32,729 nucleotides of DNA from a virus. Its lineage: Duplodnaviria > Caudoviricetes. A model generated the notes under the pieces. The model searched no databases, had not been told where the DNA came from, and saw only the letters and a program-made list of their open reading frames with translations. The position numbers and the translations under genes were made by a program. The stretch is taken from positions 1-32,729 of the IMG/VR virus record IMGVR_UViG_3300037424_002527. The stretch is one strand, 5' to 3'. Shown here piece by piece: positions 18,674-27,965 of this stretch (position 1 is its first letter; every line of letters starts with the position of its first letter).

Positions 18674-18940
18674 ATGATTTCATCATTTTTTGTAGGACAA
18701 ATTATCCTTTTCTCTCTTATTGTTATTGAATCTTTAGTTATCTGGCTATGGATGAAAAGTTTTGATGAACTTTACCGATTAAGGGCCATAGAACAAGATA
18801 AAAAGATTAATGCGATTGTTTCTAGACAATGCGCACAAGATCAGGAGCTTAGAGAGGGAAAACGTTCCCTTGAGTTTCTCCAACGAGATTTTGGTAAGAT
18901 TCTTCAAGATCGAGCCGCAAGAAAGACACAGAAGAATTAA
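18674..18940 (+). CDS. 88-aa membrane-anchored coiled-coil protein
   Basis: N-terminal TM helix then coiled-coil; likely start ATG 18674 (ORF-track start 18602 lies inside the inserted element). Confidence 0.7.
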   Translation: MISSFFVGQIILFSLIVIESLVIWLWMKSFDELYRLRAIEQDKKINAIVSRQCAQDQELREGKRSLEFLQRDFGKILQDRAARKTQKN

Positions 18941-18944
18941 TAGT

Positions 18945-19136
18945 TTATTTCTCTTTCGGTTTATTCAGCTCTATTATTTTAAAAACAACACATCGTATGA
19001 TCCATTTATTTAAACTCATACAATTCCTTTTGGTGAAGGTTTTTATATAAGAATGGATCCCGGTTGGAATACGAAGAGTAAGTTTTTTATATCGTATTTC
19101 ATTCACTTCATTACTATATGAATCTAAAAGTGCCAC
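18945..19136 (-). CDS. Arc/HicB-like ribbon-helix-helix regulator
   Basis: YKKLTLRIPTGIHSYIK...MSLNKWIIRCV; GGAG RBS. Confidence 0.7.
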   Translation of the reverse strand: MALLDSYSNEVNEIRYKKLTLRIPTGIHSYIKTFTKRNCMSLNKWIIRCVVFKIIELNKPKEK

Positions 19137-19220
19137 CAGAGCTATTGTTATTACTCCATCATTATGTTTTAATCCATCTAAAATTACTAACTTTTATCGA
19201 TAAAATTAGGGGACTTTTAG

Positions 19221-22200
19221 ATGGCAAACAAGAAAAAGGTAGTTGTTATTGGCGGCCCTCCGGCACCACTTTTTCCAGATCCAGTAGTAAGAAAGCGCGC
19301 TCCGAATAATTCTGACAATTTCTATTCTGAAGGACAGGTGTGGATTGATAATTCTGCATTTGAGGCTTATCTTTTAACGGGATTTTCTGGCGGTAATCCT
19401 CAATGGACCGCTGTTTCTGGGGGTACAGGCACTTTTACCAATTTAAACGTATCGGGAACGGTTACCTTTAGCGCTATGGGTCTTGGTGTTTTACGATCAA
19501 CCGCAGCTGGAGTGATTGGCTCAGTAAATGGTACCAATGGTCAGCTTCTTGTTGCTGGTACGGGTGTAATTCCCGCATGGGCATCCGTAACATCAGGCGA
19601 TGGCTCTGTTACCATTGGCGTAGGTTCCAATACGATTGATCTTACGGTATCGGGCGCCACGGCAAGTACGTTCCCTACTGATTCCGGTACTGCTACCCCC
19701 TCTCTTGGCGCAACCACGATTGCAGGTGGTACCAATATAAATACTTCAGGCGCAGGTTCAACCGTAACGATTAATGTTGATAATGCCCCTACTTTTTCAG
19801 GTCTTGTTACTGCTCAAGCTGGCTTTACTCAAACGGCTGGCACTACAACTATAACTTCAGATACGAATGCGGCTGATGCTATTTATCTTCGTTCAAATGG
19901 TGGCGTCCTTTCTACTATAAGAATTCATGCTGATCAAGGCGCAGATACTGCATCTATTCACCTTCTTTCAGATGATGGCGGTATAACTATTGCCGCTACA
20001 ACGTATGCAACCGATGATGCTATAAACATTTCCGCACCGCTTGGGGGAATTGATGTTGATGCCGGACTCCAAATTAATATTGCTTCTGCTGAGAATGCAA
20101 ATGATGCCATCGTGCTCAGAGCTTCAGCTGGTGGTATTGATCTTACTGCCGTAGGTCAGGATGCCGGTGACGATATTGATATTACTTCGGCAAGTAATAT
20201 TAATCTTACCAGTACTGCTGATTCGGCTTCATCAATTTATCTTCATGCAAATGGCGGGGTATCGGAAACTATTCGTATTCATTCGGATCTGGGAACTGGT
20301 GTAGACTCAATCAAACTTGATTCAGATGTAGGTGGGCTTTCTCTTATCTCTGGTTTGGCAACTACAGATGCCATAAATATAACTGCATCATCAGGAGGAA
20401 TCGACATTGACGGTGCGCTTCAAGTTAATCTTACGTCATCGGAAGATTCAGCATCTGCAATCAGGATCGTCGCATCGGCAGGTGGCATGGACATTGACGC
20501 CGTTGGCGCCTCGGGTCAAGATATTAATATTACCAATACCGGCGGTTCTATTGTTTTAGTGGCTACTGAAACAGCTTCTGAAGCGATAGATATAAATACC
20601 AATGGAGGGGTGGATATTGATGCCTCCTTACAGATTGACCTTACGGCTGGGCAGGCTGTATCGGATGCTATTTTTTTAGAAGCAACATCCGGAGGGGTGA
20701 CCGTTACGGCGGGTGGCGCTGTAGCAGGTGATATAGGAAATATTCTCCTAACTTCTACCTTGGCATCCATTTTGCTTACTGCTAACGAGGCAGTCGGAGA
20801 TGCGATTAAACTGTATGCAACGGCCGGGGGGATAAGCGCAGTTGCGTCAGCCGCAATCGAACTTCAAGCTGGAGGAGTGCTTACTCTTGGGTCATTCAGT
20901 TCGGCAGCAAACGCTATAACATTAACTTGCTTTGATGCTGCCGGTGGTATTGACGTAAACATAGGAACTTCTGGCCTTGATCTTGATAGTACGGGTTCTT
21001 TGGTTATCACTTCGACTGCAAATAGCAGTACCGCTATAAATTTCACTGCAAACACGGGTAATGGTGGTTTTAGAGTAACCACAGCAGCTGGTGGTATTTT
21101 GACGCAAACAGATGGTATTTATCAGATTGATTCTAACCTTGCTGCTGCTGTTGCCATAGCCATTGAGGCTGTTGATGCAATTGGCGGTATTACACTCGAC
21201 GCTGGATCTGGTGGCATACTTATTGGGATATCGGGTGATTGTACGCCCATATCTATTGGTGATGTCGCTCCGTCTCAGGCTCGTGTAATTACGGTTGGCG
21301 GTGGTACGGTAATAGGCGCCTATAGTGATACTATTGATATAGGCCCGGACGGTGTATCAACTGATGCCGGTTCATCTAAGGTAGTCAATATACTTTCAGG
21401 ATCTACGACCCTTGGTGCGCAGACCGTGAATGTGGGTACAGGTAATCGTGTATCAGGAACGCAATTAGTAAACATATCTACGGGTACTGGTACCAAAACG
21501 GTGAACGCTGGGAATGCAGATGCATTAACAACGTTTAATATTGATGGCACAACATGGATAAATGATTCAATCAATGCGGCTACCAATATAGGAACAGGCA
21601 CCTCTACCGGCGGAATCAACCTAGGTAACAATAACGCAGGTTACGTATCAATATACTCTGGCGACACTATCGATCTCAACAATGTTGGTGGTGATATTTT
21701 GCTCACTTCGACTACCGGAAGAGTAACGATAGTTGCTGATGAAGCAGTAGCAAATGCTATAAGTCTCGCTACGGCAGCAACGGGTGGTATAAATATTGAT
21801 GCGGGCACCGCGGGTATGACCGTTGATTCAACAGACACCCTTACTATTAATTCTGCCACCTCCTCTTCATGGACAGTTACTGGTGCGCTTGCTGATTTGG
21901 ATCTCTCCTCAGTGGGTGGTTCTATGACCATACAGGCGTCCGAAGCTAGTGCTACCGCAATAACTATTAATGCATCAAATGCAGCGGGTGGTATCTCAAC
22001 GAGTGCGGGAACTGGCGGGTATGTTCTTGATGTAACCAACGGCCCTATTACGATCTCTTCAGGAACCGGTGCTATTAATATCGCGAATGATGGCGCGGCA
22101 TGTAATATTCAAATTGGGGATGACACAGGCACAAAGCGAGTTACTATCGCTTCAGGTACCGGCGATCTCCTCATGTCATCAACGGATGCGATTACCTTGG

Positions 22201-23261
22201 ATGCTGCTGGGCTACTTGAATTAAACTCGGCTGGCGGTCAAATTTCTATCGGTAATGATGCCGTTGCACAAAATATAAATATCGGTACGGGCGGAGCCGC
22301 ACGCGTTATCACCATTGGTAATACGACAGGAACGAGTGGCGTTGACATTTTACAGGGAACCGGCGGTGTTAATATAGGTACATCGGCAATTGCTTCCTCC
22401 ATAACAATAGGTAATGGAACAGGCGCAACAGATGTTTCTATTAATCATGGTAGCGGCCAATTAAGTCTTGGTACTAATTCTATTGCTCATGCTATTGAAA
22501 TAGGTAATGGAATTGGAGGAACGGGGGTTTCGATCTATGCTGGAACAGGCGGTGTAAACATTGGTACAAATTCAATTGCAAATACGACAACAATTGGGAA
22601 TGTAACAACTTCCACCTCAGTTCAAATTCTCAGTGGTTCCGGAGGTATTTTACTTAATGATACCCCACCTGCAATCTCTCGTACCACTACTATTAACGGC
22701 GGAACAGTAAGCGGTGCATTTACTGATAGAGTTGATATTGCTCCCGATGGAGTATCTACTTCCGCAGGCGCCCTTAAACAAGTAACTATTGGCGGCGGTA
22801 ATAATGCGGTAGGGGGAACATCTATTGCTATCGGTGCTGGCAATGTAACTTCAGGCACGCATTCAATTTCCCTATCTGCTGGTGCTGGATATTCTTCCCC
22901 TTCCTTTAAATCGGTTTTTATCGGCAATTCTGATGGCTTGACTGATTTTTCTGTTCTTGCCCCAAAAGTAAGTGGGGCCGGCGCATCACAAACATTAGAT
23001 GCGACTCGTGGTCGTGTTACCTTTACGGGACTTACCACCGCAGCGGCAGCAACAGAAACGCTTACCGTAACGAACTCTTTCTGTAGTACCGATACAGGCA
23101 TAATGACTAGCTTAGTAGTAGTAGGTGCAGAAGATGCACAACCTGCTATCAAGAAAGTACGGAATGGGGCAGGATCATTTACCCTTCTTTATAAAAATGA
23201 AGGCGCCGCATCATTGGCAACTGACCTTATTCTCACTTTTGAATTATATAAAACTAGTTAA
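19221..23261 (+). CDS. Long tail fibre/spike with beta-strand repeats
   Basis: 1346 aa, G/T/A/S/I-rich; recurring AIxIxAxxGGIDID and INIGT units; N-terminal RAP...D...GQVWID attachment-like motif. Confidence 0.8.
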   Translation: MANKKKVVVIGGPPAPLFPDPVVRKRAPNNSDNFYSEGQVWIDNSAFEAYLLTGFSGGNPQWTAVSGGTGTFTNLNVSGTVTFSAMGLGVLRSTAAGVIGSVNGTNGQLLVAGTGVIPAWASVTSGDGSVTIGVGSNTIDLTVSGATASTFPTDSGTATPSLGATTIAGGTNINTSGAGSTVTINVDNAPTFSGLVTAQAGFTQTAGTTTITSDTNAADAIYLRSNGGVLSTIRIHADQGADTASIHLLSDDGGITIAATTYATDDAINISAPLGGIDVDAGLQINIASAENANDAIVLRASAGGIDLTAVGQDAGDDIDITSASNINLTSTADSASSIYLHANGGVSETIRIHSDLGTGVDSIKLDSDVGGLSLISGLATTDAINITASSGGIDIDGALQVNLTSSEDSASAIRIVASAGGMDIDAVGASGQDINITNTGGSIVLVATETASEAIDINTNGGVDIDASLQIDLTAGQAVSDAIFLEATSGGVTVTAGGAVAGDIGNILLTSTLASILLTANEAVGDAIKLYATAGGISAVASAAIELQAGGVLTLGSFSSAANAITLTCFDAAGGIDVNIGTSGLDLDSTGSLVITSTANSSTAINFTANTGNGGFRVTTAAGGILTQTDGIYQIDSNLAAAVAIAIEAVDAIGGITLDAGSGGILIGISGDCTPISIGDVAPSQARVITVGGGTVIGAYSDTIDIGPDGVSTDAGSSKVVNILSGSTTLGAQTVNVGTGNRVSGTQLVNISTGTGTKTVNAGNADALTTFNIDGTTWINDSINAATNIGTGTSTGGINLGNNNAGYVSIYSGDTIDLNNVGGDILLTSTTGRVTIVADEAVANAISLATAATGGINIDAGTAGMTVDSTDTLTINSATSSSWTVTGALADLDLSSVGGSMTIQASEASATAITINASNAAGGISTSAGTGGYVLDVTNGPITISSGTGAINIANDGAACNIQIGDDTGTKRVTIASGTGDLLMSSTDAITLDAAGLLELNSAGGQISIGNDAVAQNINIGTGGAARVITIGNTTGTSGVDILQGTGGVNIGTSAIASSITIGNGTGATDVSINHGSGQLSLGTNSIAHAIEIGNGIGGTGVSIYAGTGGVNIGTNSIANTTTIGNVTTSTSVQILSGSGGILLNDTPPAISRTTTINGGTVSGAFTDRVDIAPDGVSTSAGALKQVTIGGGNNAVGGTSIAIGAGNVTSGTHSISLSAGAGYSSPSFKSVFIGNSDGLTDFSVLAPKVSGAGASQTLDATRGRVTFTGLTTAAAATETLTVTNSFCSTDTGIMTSLVVVGAEDAQPAIKKVRNGAGSFTLLYKNEGAASLATDLILTFELYKTS

Positions 23262-23269
23262 ATGAATGT

Positions 23270-23302
23270 AGATGGAGGGGGACAGATTCCCCTCCATCTT
23301 TT
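23270..23302 (+). terminator. Intrinsic terminator
   Basis: AGATGGAGGGG / CCCCTCCATCT 11-bp stem followed by Ts. Confidence 0.75.
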
Positions 23303-23361
23303 CATATGAAGGTGAGCGTGTTAGCATGAGAAAAAAATCTACTTGAAAGGAAACCAAAAAA

Positions 23362-23625
23362 ATGAAAAACGAAAAAGCAGGAGCGGCTACTTCGGATAAG
23401 GCAGAAACAAAAATGATTTCAATTCCCGTTGAATTTAACGGTAAGAAGTATGAATTTCTTCTTCAAGAGGGATCGCAATTTGATGAAATTAAATTTGCGC
23501 TATCTTCTTTGAGGGATCATATAGTACTTGTCCAATTAAAAGAAGCAGAAAAAAATAAGACTGCTGTACCTTCTCCCGTTCCCGCAGAAAAGAAAGACGA
23601 ACTAAAAAAAGACAAAGAAAATTAA
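23362..23625 (+). CDS. Hypothetical protein (possible fibre chaperone)
   Basis: AAAGGA RBS; follows the fibre gene. Confidence 0.65.
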   Translation: MKNEKAGAATSDKAETKMISIPVEFNGKKYEFLLQEGSQFDEIKFALSSLRDHIVLVQLKEAEKNKTAVPSPVPAEKKDELKKDKEN

Positions 23626-23651
23626 TAGTCGAATAGTCAGGAGATGTAGTT

Positions 23652-23990
23652 ATGTCATGGTCGCGCGTGCTGAGATGGCAACCACAACAATCAATCGCTT
23701 TTGGAAGTATTGGAGCATCATATAGTGATATTGGTACAATGTTTTTTTATGAAACAAGAATTTTAACGGTTTACAATGGTACCGATGCACTCTTACAATT
23801 TTCTACTAATGGGGTACAGGATCAGTTTGTGGTTCCGGCCAATGGAACAATGATTATTGATATTGCTACGAATGATTTTGATGAAGTTCCCACAATGTTA
23901 CCCGCAAAATTGCAATTTAGTATAAAACAAATTGGAGTACCGACCAGCGGTTCTGTATATATAATGTCTCTAAGTGGGTTTGACCTATAA
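23652..23990 (+). CDS. Small beta-sandwich virion protein (putative)
   Basis: AGGAG RBS; all-beta pattern (RILTVYNGTDALLQFS). Confidence 0.65.
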   Translation: MSWSRVLRWQPQQSIAFGSIGASYSDIGTMFFYETRILTVYNGTDALLQFSTNGVQDQFVVPANGTMIIDIATNDFDEVPTMLPAKLQFSIKQIGVPTSGSVYIMSLSGFDL

Positions 23991-23999
23991 GGATGGACT

Positions 24000-24956
24000 A
24001 TGTCACAATTTTTTACAGGAGTTACCGCAGGATCCATAGGGGCAATTACCACGCTGACGGGTAATAGTGGTGGCGTAGTATCTCCTTCAGGTTCGAATAA
24101 TATATTTACGCTGGGCGATACGACGACCATTAACATTACGGGTAATCCGGGTACCAATACGTTAACTGCCAATGTAACGGGTGGTACTGATGGACAACTT
24201 CTTCTAGCAAGCACCGCTGGAGAACCAGACTGGGCATCCCTAGCATCAGCAGATGGTAGTGTCACGTTTACACCAGGGGCGAACTCCCTTGATCTTTCAG
24301 TGGACGCAGAGGCTTCCGGTTCAATAATTACAATTACAGGGGATAGTGGCGGCGCTTTGAGCCCTACCGCAGGTAATATCACCTTTAGGGGCGGTACGAC
24401 CGGGCTTACCTTTTCAGGTGCGCTGAGCACTGAAACACTAGACGGAACCCTTAATATTGGCAACGGAGGAACCGGATCAAACTTCTTTACTGAATTTGCA
24501 GTCTTATGTGGTGGCACAACTGCTACGGCACCAATACAATCCATTGCCTCTGTTGGATTAGCTGGGGAAGTTCTTACCTCTAATGGCGTGGGTACGTTGC
24601 CGACTTTTCAAGCAATAACGACAGCTTTTTCATGGTCAGTTGTAACGGGCGCAACACAAGCTATGGCGGTGACCACCGGTTATTTTGCTAATAATGCGGG
24701 TACCATCACCTTTACCCTTCCTGCAACGGCAGCAGTAGGTGATACCATGGAAATAGCGCAAATGGATGCAACGGGTGATTGGCTCCTTGCGCAAAATGCT
24801 GGTCAGACTTGTTATATTGGCAATACGAATACCACAACAGGAGCTGGAGGCTCTTTAGCAAGTACCGATAAGGGTGATGCGATACGTATTGTGTGCCGCG
24901 TAGCCAATACCGATTTTCAGGTTTCAATTTTGTCGGGCAATATAACCGTTGTATAA
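24000..24956 (+). CDS. Tail fibre-like protein
   Basis: G/T-rich; GQLLL...PDWASLASADGSVT module shared with the 1346-aa fibre; C-terminal ITFTLPATAAVGD domain. Confidence 0.75.
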   Translation: MSQFFTGVTAGSIGAITTLTGNSGGVVSPSGSNNIFTLGDTTTINITGNPGTNTLTANVTGGTDGQLLLASTAGEPDWASLASADGSVTFTPGANSLDLSVDAEASGSIITITGDSGGALSPTAGNITFRGGTTGLTFSGALSTETLDGTLNIGNGGTGSNFFTEFAVLCGGTTATAPIQSIASVGLAGEVLTSNGVGTLPTFQAITTAFSWSVVTGATQAMAVTTGYFANNAGTITFTLPATAAVGDTMEIAQMDATGDWLLAQNAGQTCYIGNTNTTTGAGGSLASTDKGDAIRIVCRVANTDFQVSILSGNITVV

Positions 24957-24965
24957 GGAGAAATC

Positions 24966-25307
24966 ATGGCTACGATTAATGCAATAAATTCAGAGAACCC
25001 CATAGAGGTTGCAAAGGGTGGTCTTGGTGTGGCCTCGAATACTTCGTTTGCAGTATTATGTGGGGGCATTACTGCTACGGATCCCATACAATCTATTGCT
25101 TCGGTTGGTTCTGCCACACAAGTACTTACTTCTAATGGTGCGGGTACATTGCCGACCTTTCAAACAGCTCCCACAACGGAAGTGTCTTTTCAGGTAGTGG
25201 GTTCGGATCCCGCCTCTCCTACGAATTCTCAAGTGTGGTATAGAAGCGATACCAATGTATTCCGAGGTCGTGCAAATGGAGTGAATGTAACCTTTACGGT
25301 AACTTAA
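24966..25307 (+). CDS. Short fibre-module protein
   Basis: AAGGAG RBS; shares the AVLCGG...PIQSIASVG...VLTS module with both neighbours. Confidence 0.75.
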   Translation: MATINAINSENPIEVAKGGLGVASNTSFAVLCGGITATDPIQSIASVGSATQVLTSNGAGTLPTFQTAPTTEVSFQVVGSDPASPTNSQVWYRSDTNVFRGRANGVNVTFTVT

Positions 25308-25327
25308 TTTTTATCTGGTGATATCGC

Positions 25328-26527
25328 ATGGCAACAAAAAGCAAAATTAACACTGCTAATCCCATAGAGGTTGCAAGGGGTGGTCTTGGTGTGACCTCAA
25401 ACACTGAATATGCAGTATTATGTGGGGGCACAACTGCTACGGATCCAATACAATCTATTGCCTCTGTTGGTTCTGTTACAGAAGTATTAACCTCTCAGGG
25501 TGCGGGTTTATTGCCGACATTCTCCAGCCTTCCCACATTTTTTGAATCGTTATCTTCTGATCCGGGCTCTCCTACTGCCGGGGATACGTGGTATAACACG
25601 ACGACGGATTTATTTAAGGGAGCTATTTCTGGTGGTCCCGCACCATCGGTATGGGTAATAAAAGCAAACTTAACTTTTACCTCTAATGGACCTGGATCTG
25701 CCGGCAGCGCTAATGACGCGCTTACCTTTGGAGGCTCACAAGCTGGAGGAACAGGTCCCAATGGGCGTACCGAACGGTATAATGGTGTTTCCAATATATG
25801 GACGACCAAGGCAACCGAGTCACCAAACAGGGGCGAACCTGCTTCCTGTGGTACAGCTGAAGATGCTTTGTCCGCGGGTGGTTATCCGCTTGGCGGAAGC
25901 TTTAGTAAAACGGTGATAAAATATAATGGAACATCAGACAGTTGGTCATTATTGCCAGATTTAATTGGCCAACGAAGGAATGCGGGGGCAGCTGGTACTA
26001 TAACGGAAGCGTTTGTATTTGGTGGAAGCGACAACTTTCGACTTAACACTACAGAATTCTTTGATGGGATATCATGGGTAGCGAAAGCCATTATGCTTCG
26101 AGCAGCAGAACATCCGGTTGGTACCGGTACCGCTATGAATGCGCTTGCTTCTACGGGTAATACTTCGATCTCAAACTTTGATACCTTTGTTGAAGAATAT
26201 GATTTTATTTCTAATAGTTGGACAGGAAAATCAGGATCAAACAAAGGAAGAAACGCTGCGGGAGGATGTGGCGATACCAGTCTTTCATTACTCTTTGGAG
26301 GTGTTGACGCGCTTTCTATTTTGAATAATGCAGAATTATATGATGGAGCAACAAATAGTTGGGCAATTATTTCTTCCTTGAATTATGCGAGATATTCTTT
26401 AGGTGGAAGCGGCTCGGGAACAGATGGACTTGCAGTGGGTGGCGTCGATGGGTCCGGTCCTTCACAACGCGTAGAACGATATACATCGGTAGCAAGCCCC
26501 TCAATCGTGACCTTTACAGTAACTTAA
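25328..26527 (+). CDS. Fibre-module protein with Kelch-repeat beta-propeller
   Basis: Repeats with the Kelch signature hhhGG...E.Y.G....W (ALTFGG, ALSAGG, AFVFGG, ALASTG, SLLFGG, GLAVGG). Confidence 0.85.
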   Translation: MATKSKINTANPIEVARGGLGVTSNTEYAVLCGGTTATDPIQSIASVGSVTEVLTSQGAGLLPTFSSLPTFFESLSSDPGSPTAGDTWYNTTTDLFKGAISGGPAPSVWVIKANLTFTSNGPGSAGSANDALTFGGSQAGGTGPNGRTERYNGVSNIWTTKATESPNRGEPASCGTAEDALSAGGYPLGGSFSKTVIKYNGTSDSWSLLPDLIGQRRNAGAAGTITEAFVFGGSDNFRLNTTEFFDGISWVAKAIMLRAAEHPVGTGTAMNALASTGNTSISNFDTFVEEYDFISNSWTGKSGSNKGRNAAGGCGDTSLSLLFGGVDALSILNNAELYDGATNSWAIISSLNYARYSLGGSGSGTDGLAVGGVDGSGPSQRVERYTSVASPSIVTFTVT

Positions 26528-26534
26528 GGAAAAC

Positions 26535-27200
26535 GTGAACTACCTACAACAGCTCGATTCGCTTTTAGAAAACGATGAATTGAAAGAGTTGAAAGCGATT
26601 GAACAGGAAATCAACCATGCATGGCACGTCAAACAGATATTTCGTACAGACACCGAAGCGCGCTATGCGGTATTAAACGACTTTAAATTTCCCACCAAGG
26701 CAAGCAAATATTGGCAGGCAGTACGGGAGCAGATGGCTCATTTCGATGCCCTTGTTTCATCCTCGTTTGAATTGAGACGTAAAGAGATTGATCTGAGAGA
26801 GATAGAAGAAAACTTGGGGGCGAATGATTTTATAGGGCGCCCCTATGACGAACTTCGCATGGAGATTAATCGTGACGAACTTCTTTTTCAAATAGCTTCA
26901 ATGAAGCAGGTTGCTAAAGATAGAGTACGTGAGATCATGCAATGGTCGACTATCAAGTCAGAAGTAAATGATGGATCATTTGATGATAAGAATGTGAACA
27001 CCCACCAGAAAGAATCACTATTTAAACAAGTACTTAACAGAGCGAACAACGCTAATCCTGAAAATCTTTCTTCTGAAGAACGTATGTCTATTATTGGGCT
27101 TTTACATATGCTTAAAGATGAGCCGATTAATAAAGAATTTATTGAGAAGCTTGAATCCAAGGTAAATTTAATTGTCTCAGGATTGTCCCCCAAAGAATAA
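26535..27200 (+). CDS. Coiled-coil hypothetical protein linked to the Kelch fibre
   Basis: AAGGA RBS with GTG start; FPTKASKYWQAVREQ motif followed by coiled-coil. Confidence 0.75.
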   Translation: MNYLQQLDSLLENDELKELKAIEQEINHAWHVKQIFRTDTEARYAVLNDFKFPTKASKYWQAVREQMAHFDALVSSSFELRRKEIDLREIEENLGANDFIGRPYDELRMEINRDELLFQIASMKQVAKDRVREIMQWSTIKSEVNDGSFDDKNVNTHQKESLFKQVLNRANNANPENLSSEERMSIIGLLHMLKDEPINKEFIEKLESKVNLIVSGLSPKE

Positions 27201-27875
27201 AACTAGAGTGAGGAAAGTTGCAGTAATGGTAGTACATACCGTCGTTATTGCACCAATAGCCGCTATCTGTACCTTTGATTTTGCTCTCACTATTTCCTCT
27301 CTCTGAGAACGCATATCATCCTCCTTGGCAAGAAATGATTCCTCCAACGAAGATATCACCAACTCTTTTAATTCGCGTCTGAGGTCAAGTATGTCGTTGA
27401 CAGGAGAAGAGATAACGGCATGTGCCTCTCCTCTGTCCTCCTTCTTTCCTTCTAAGTCGGGCGTGCTGGATGGGGAAGGGTATACACTCCCAAAAAGACG
27501 AACCAATGATTTTCTTCTTTCCTTCTTATCGCCGAGTCGTTGCATAATTGTTTTCATAAGATCTTTTGAAAACGTCATTCCCTTCATTTTTTCATCAAAG
27601 GGCTGATCCAAGAAGATTTCCATTGCATGATTCGATATAGAATGAATCATTTCTATCTCTTCAATCTCTTCGTCTGTCTTGGCTATCCCTTCAGCAGACA
27701 AATCTTCCTTTGCTAACTCAACATCCAACGAAGTAGTTGCTGCTGCGTCGGGCGTAGCGGAGCGGAGACTGGAACGCAAGAATCCAAAAGGACGTGGGCA
27801 ATGATCATTTGCCTCCTCCATGGCTACTAGCGACATGACCGAGAACAAAATAAAGGTAACTGTTTTTTTGTACAT
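27177..27875 (-). CDS. Secreted/membrane-anchored accessory protein (moron-like)
   Basis: Signal peptide MYKKTVTFILFSVMSLVA-MEE, coiled-coil, C-terminal TM helix; GGAGG RBS. Confidence 0.75.
   Translation of the reverse strand: MYKKTVTFILFSVMSLVAMEEANDHCPRPFGFLRSSLRSATPDAAATTSLDVELAKEDLSAEGIAKTDEEIEEIEMIHSISNHAMEIFLDQPFDEKMKGMTFSKDLMKTIMQRLGDKKERRKSLVRLFGSVYPSPSSTPDLEGKKEDRGEAHAVISSPVNDILDLRRELKELVISSLEESFLAKEDDMRSQREEIVRAKSKVQIAAIGAITTVCTTITATFLTLVLFFGGQS
27743..27772 (+). repeat. REP-like palindrome, in frame in CDS
   Basis: CTGCGTCGGGCGTAGC is 15/16 identical to the reverse complement of 28238-28253. Confidence 0.6.
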
Positions 27876-27885
27876 ATCAGAACCT

Positions 27886-27902
27886 CCTTGGTTTAACCAA
27901 GG
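27886..27902. promoter_or_regulatory. Operator-like palindrome overlapping the RBS of the 232-aa gene
   Basis: CCTTGGTT-T-AACCAAGG (8-1-8). Confidence 0.4.
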
Positions 27903-27965
27903 CTACTCTTTCTGAAAAATAAAAAATAGGGAAGACAGAGTAACAGAAGAAATTTACTTCCATTA

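Noticed and set aside
19541-26244. Many antisense ORFs opposite the fibre genes (e.g. 22622-23152, 23822-24544, 25882-26244)
   Set aside because: Shadow frames expected opposite G/T/A/S-rich genes; P/V-rich with no RBS.
24000-26527. Diversity-generating retroelement TR/VR pair
   Set aside because: No reverse transcriptase; differences between modules are not adenine-specific and all copies are coding.
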